A stretch of 62,491 bases of DNA, the filler included. It is 9 parts of 9 records of this genome, joined end to end, with 100 filler letters (N's around TTAATTAATTAA, not from the genome) between each part and the next. Parts side by side here need not be neighbours in the genome. Positions count along the whole stretch, not along the records: positions 55,991 to 62,491 come from SRR31156797_55723; 8 more parts are not named here. The stretch is one strand, 5' to 3'. The translations under genes were made by a program, and so were the position numbers. Of the stretch, positions 59,888 to 62,491 are shown in pieces; position 1 is the stretch's first letter; every line of letters starts with the position of its first letter. A model generated the notes under the pieces. It had not been told where the DNA came from. It made no database searches and was given only the letters and a program-made list of their open reading frames with translations.

Positions 59888-59929
59888 ATAACCCCCGGTT
59901 CTGCTCATGCTGACCGAGGGTTATTTTTT
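59888..59929 (+). terminator. Intrinsic terminator
   Basis: ATAACCC...GGGTTAT followed by a T run. Confidence 0.7.
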
Positions 59930-60029
59930 GCGCGAAAGCTGCTGGACGACAATTCTCAGCGAGAATAAAGTATTCTCAGATGTCGAATGACTACCCAACT
60001 CCGAAAGAATACGAGGAAGGGAACCTCCC

Positions 60030-62045
60030 ATGACAATGAAAGCAATTCAGTCCATTTTTCTTTTCAGTTCGCTATTTCTTATTCAGACCAGTATTCAGGC
60101 AGAGCCCATTCCTCCGGCATCCCCGGAAAAAATACAGGAAATGATCACCCAAGCAGGTGACGTTGAAGACTATCCAGGAGAAGACGTCCTCTGCATTCTG
60201 GATGACATTGACGTCCATGTCCGAGATACGGGACTGGCAACAACCTTGCGTACACATGTCCTGAAGATCCTCACCGAATCGGGCACCAAGCAACAAGGCG
60301 TCCAACGATACGAGTTCGATCCCGCAACGAACCGCTTTGCTTATCGAAAGATTCTGATTCATCGCGAAGACGGATCAACTGATGAGGTTCCGGTTTCAAC
60401 CGTTCAGCAACAACCTGCCCGCCAACATATGATCTACTGGGGCAACAACCAGTACGTCGTTGGGTTGCCTCGATTGAATGTCGGTGACTGCCTGGAAATC
60501 CGAACGGAGAAGACAGGATTCAATATCGCCTACCTCTCCAATGGCCAGGGACCAGGTGGCGTTGGATACATCGAAGAGAATATCGAAGAGATTCTGATTC
60601 CCCCGATGCCCGGTCACTGGTACGAGACGACGATTTTCCAGACCAATCTGCCAACAGTATTCAAACGTTTTGCAGTCCATATGCCCATCGACAAACCTGT
60701 GCAGTATGAAACCTATAATGGGAAGCTACAGTCTTCGGTCTGGTTCGAAGGGGATAACAAGATGCTGTACACCTTCTGGGCAGAGGACATTCCCCCACTG
60801 AAAAGCGAATTCCGTCGCGTCGCTCCGGATGATTTCGCGACAAAGCTCGTGATGGCTACGATTCCAGATTGGTTCGAGAAATCCCGTTGGTTCTGGGAAG
60901 CCAATCAGAACCAGTTCGAGGTGACACCAGCCGTCAAAGAAATGGCAGAAGAAATCACTCGTGGTCTTACAACGAGAGATGAGAAGATGGACGCCCTCCA
61001 CCACTGGGTGTCTGACAATATTCGATACTATGGCACAAGCCGTGGCCCAACCGAGGGATACACCCTTCACACTGGTGACGAAACACTGAAAGATCGTGGC
61101 GGCGTCTGCAAGGATATTGCAGGCATGCTGATCACGTTCTTCCGAGCTATCGGGGAAGATTCATACCCCGCAATGACCATGGCCGGATCACGGGTAGAAA
61201 GAGTTCCGGCAGATCAGTTCAACCACACGATCTGCTGTGTTCGCGAACCGGATGGCACATTCTCGATCTGGGATCCCACCTGGGCACCTTTGAGTAAGGA
61301 ACGATGGTCCTGCCGCGAACCGAATCAGCATCTCGTGTATGGAACTCCTGATGGCGAAGACCTGACGCAGTCCCCCTACTTCCCGCCAGAACACAGCCTG
61401 TTGAAGATCAAGGCAAAAAGTCGTATCACCGAAGACGGTACGCTGACCAGCGACATCCACATGGACACCTCCGGTTATCCGTGCACATATCTTCGTCGCT
61501 ACGTATACCGACTCCGGGATTCTCAGCAGAAGGCAGACTTCGAACAGAAACTGCGGATCGCCCCCAATGCAGAACTGACGGATCTGGAATACACGCATCC
61601 TCTCGATTACTCGAAGAACAGCCAGGTCGACATGAAATTCAAAGCTGAAGGGTACGCCGCTGGCAACGGTTCAACTGCCTTATTCAGGCTACCCATCATG
61701 CAGCACCCCCTGGCGTCCTACTTTATTCCGGATCTTCTTTATAAATTAAATAACAAGGATCGTAACCACGGCTATGTCATCCGGGCAACACGACTCGTTC
61801 AATACGAAGAAACCATTCAACTGCCAAAGGGCTGGACTGTCGTTGAATCACCCGAGGCAAAGGAATTGGATTCCGGATCGGCATCCATGAAGTTTGAGAT
61901 CGAGCCCGGAAAAGGAACACTGACGTATCGCTTCGAGTTCGTCGCCAAGAACATGCAGATCCCGGCTGAGGATTTTGCCGACTGGCGTGACTCCATCAAG
62001 GCCATGAACGAAATCACGAAAGCATGGATTCTTTGTAAAGGATAA
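60030..62045 (+). CDS. Secreted DUF3857 + transglutaminase-like protein
   Basis: Signal peptide; catalytic triad GVCKD / FNH / WDPT. Confidence 0.85.
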   Translation: MTMKAIQSIFLFSSLFLIQTSIQAEPIPPASPEKIQEMITQAGDVEDYPGEDVLCILDDIDVHVRDTGLATTLRTHVLKILTESGTKQQGVQRYEFDPATNRFAYRKILIHREDGSTDEVPVSTVQQQPARQHMIYWGNNQYVVGLPRLNVGDCLEIRTEKTGFNIAYLSNGQGPGGVGYIEENIEEILIPPMPGHWYETTIFQTNLPTVFKRFAVHMPIDKPVQYETYNGKLQSSVWFEGDNKMLYTFWAEDIPPLKSEFRRVAPDDFATKLVMATIPDWFEKSRWFWEANQNQFEVTPAVKEMAEEITRGLTTRDEKMDALHHWVSDNIRYYGTSRGPTEGYTLHTGDETLKDRGGVCKDIAGMLITFFRAIGEDSYPAMTMAGSRVERVPADQFNHTICCVREPDGTFSIWDPTWAPLSKERWSCREPNQHLVYGTPDGEDLTQSPYFPPEHSLLKIKAKSRITEDGTLTSDIHMDTSGYPCTYLRRYVYRLRDSQQKADFEQKLRIAPNAELTDLEYTHPLDYSKNSQVDMKFKAEGYAAGNGSTALFRLPIMQHPLASYFIPDLLYKLNNKDRNHGYVIRATRLVQYEETIQLPKGWTVVESPEAKELDSGSASMKFEIEPGKGTLTYRFEFVAKNMQIPAEDFADWRDSIKAMNEITKAWILCKG

Positions 62046-62056
62046 TATCCTGCGTC

Positions 62057-62491
62057 TCAGCAGGCGCCTTTGAGGAATGTCCCAAGCGTACGGAACAGGA
62101 TAACAACATCCAGTTCGATGCACATTTCCTTGAGGTAGCAGAGATCAAACTGCAGTTTCCGCTTCGCGTCTTCGATGGAAGAACCGTAGCGGAAACTAAT
62201 CTGTGCCCAGCCAGTCAATCCGGGCTTGACAATGTGGCGAATTTCATAGAAAGGCAATGCCCTGGCAAGATCGGTCACGATCCCCGGACGCTCAGGACGA
62301 GGTCCCACCACCGACATTTCACCAATCAGAATATTATAGAGTTGCGGGAGTTCATCCAGGCGTGTTCTTCGCAGATACTTTCCGATGAATGTCGTTCTCG
62401 GATCGCCCGGTTTCGCCCAGACGGATTTCCCATTTTCTGCGTTCTGAATCATTGTCCGGAATTTATATAATCGGAAAACACGCCCGTTCTG
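62057..62491 (-). CDS. Priming sugar transferase (bacterial sugar transferase family), C-terminal part
   Basis: YKFRTM, DPRTT, LDELPQL, GEMSVVGPRPE, KPGLTGWAQ. Confidence 0.92.
   Translation of the reverse strand, partial: QNGRVFRLYKFRTMIQNAENGKSVWAKPGDPRTTFIGKYLRRTRLDELPQLYNILIGEMSVVGPRPERPGIVTDLARALPFYEIRHIVKPGLTGWAQISFRYGSSIEDAKRKLQFDLCYLKEMCIELDVVILFRTLGTFLKGAC

Noticed and set aside
1-62491. CRISPR arrays, tRNA/rRNA genes, riboswitches, transposases
   Set aside because: None recognised by eye in genes or intergenic regions; an Infernal/Rfam scan would be needed to exclude small RNAs

Overview
This window is not one locus. It is nine unrelated contigs joined by 100-nt linkers (N44-TTAATTAATTAA-N44), so gene neighbourhoods are only meaningful within a contig. 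(1) 1-7637, probably Desulfobacterota: anaerobic phenol-type activation operon (ppsA, ppsB, ppcB, aryl-CoA ligase, Tm-1/UPF0261 protein, start of a ppsC-like CBS gene). (2) 7738-14662: MacAB-like ABC exporter, an outer-membrane efflux lipoprotein and an internally deleted sigma54 activator. (3) 14763-21567: a TetR-controlled operon of unknown function (atypical SdhA/NadB-fold flavoprotein, a 2Fe-2S + ATC-hydrolase-like fusion, a non-canonical NRAMP/YcsG-like transporter, a crotonase) with two palindromic operators. (4) 21668-29961: sigma54-driven chemosensory operon whose CheA carries a MshEN c-di-GMP motif, plus a short CheR, MBL hydrolase, GNAT and ParA. (5) 30062-35730, AT-rich: GNAT, AraC, CPBP protease, zincin lipoprotein, REP palindromes and a Zn-macrodomain/SirTM pair. 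(6) 35831-41642: GH43-GH31(PA14)-GH28 glycan cluster. (7) 41743-48364: mini Fe-S protein, CooC, AlkP-family enzyme, divergent UDPGP-like protein, and an iron-sulfur flavoprotein with a divergent Crp/Fnr regulator. (8) 48465-55890, methanogenic archaeon (Methanosarcinaceae): metallophosphoesterase-Lhr, MM0924-like protein, mtaA, hydantoinase-like gene. (9) 55991-62491: amidase/serine-hydrolase fusion, murQ, small lipoprotein, DUF3857-transglutaminase, sugar transferase. The best candidate for an undescribed system is the contig 3 operon, followed by the expanded phenylphosphate cluster and the atypical chemosensory module. No rRNA, tRNA or CRISPR array was seen. Family assignments come from motif recognition by eye; no database searches were run.
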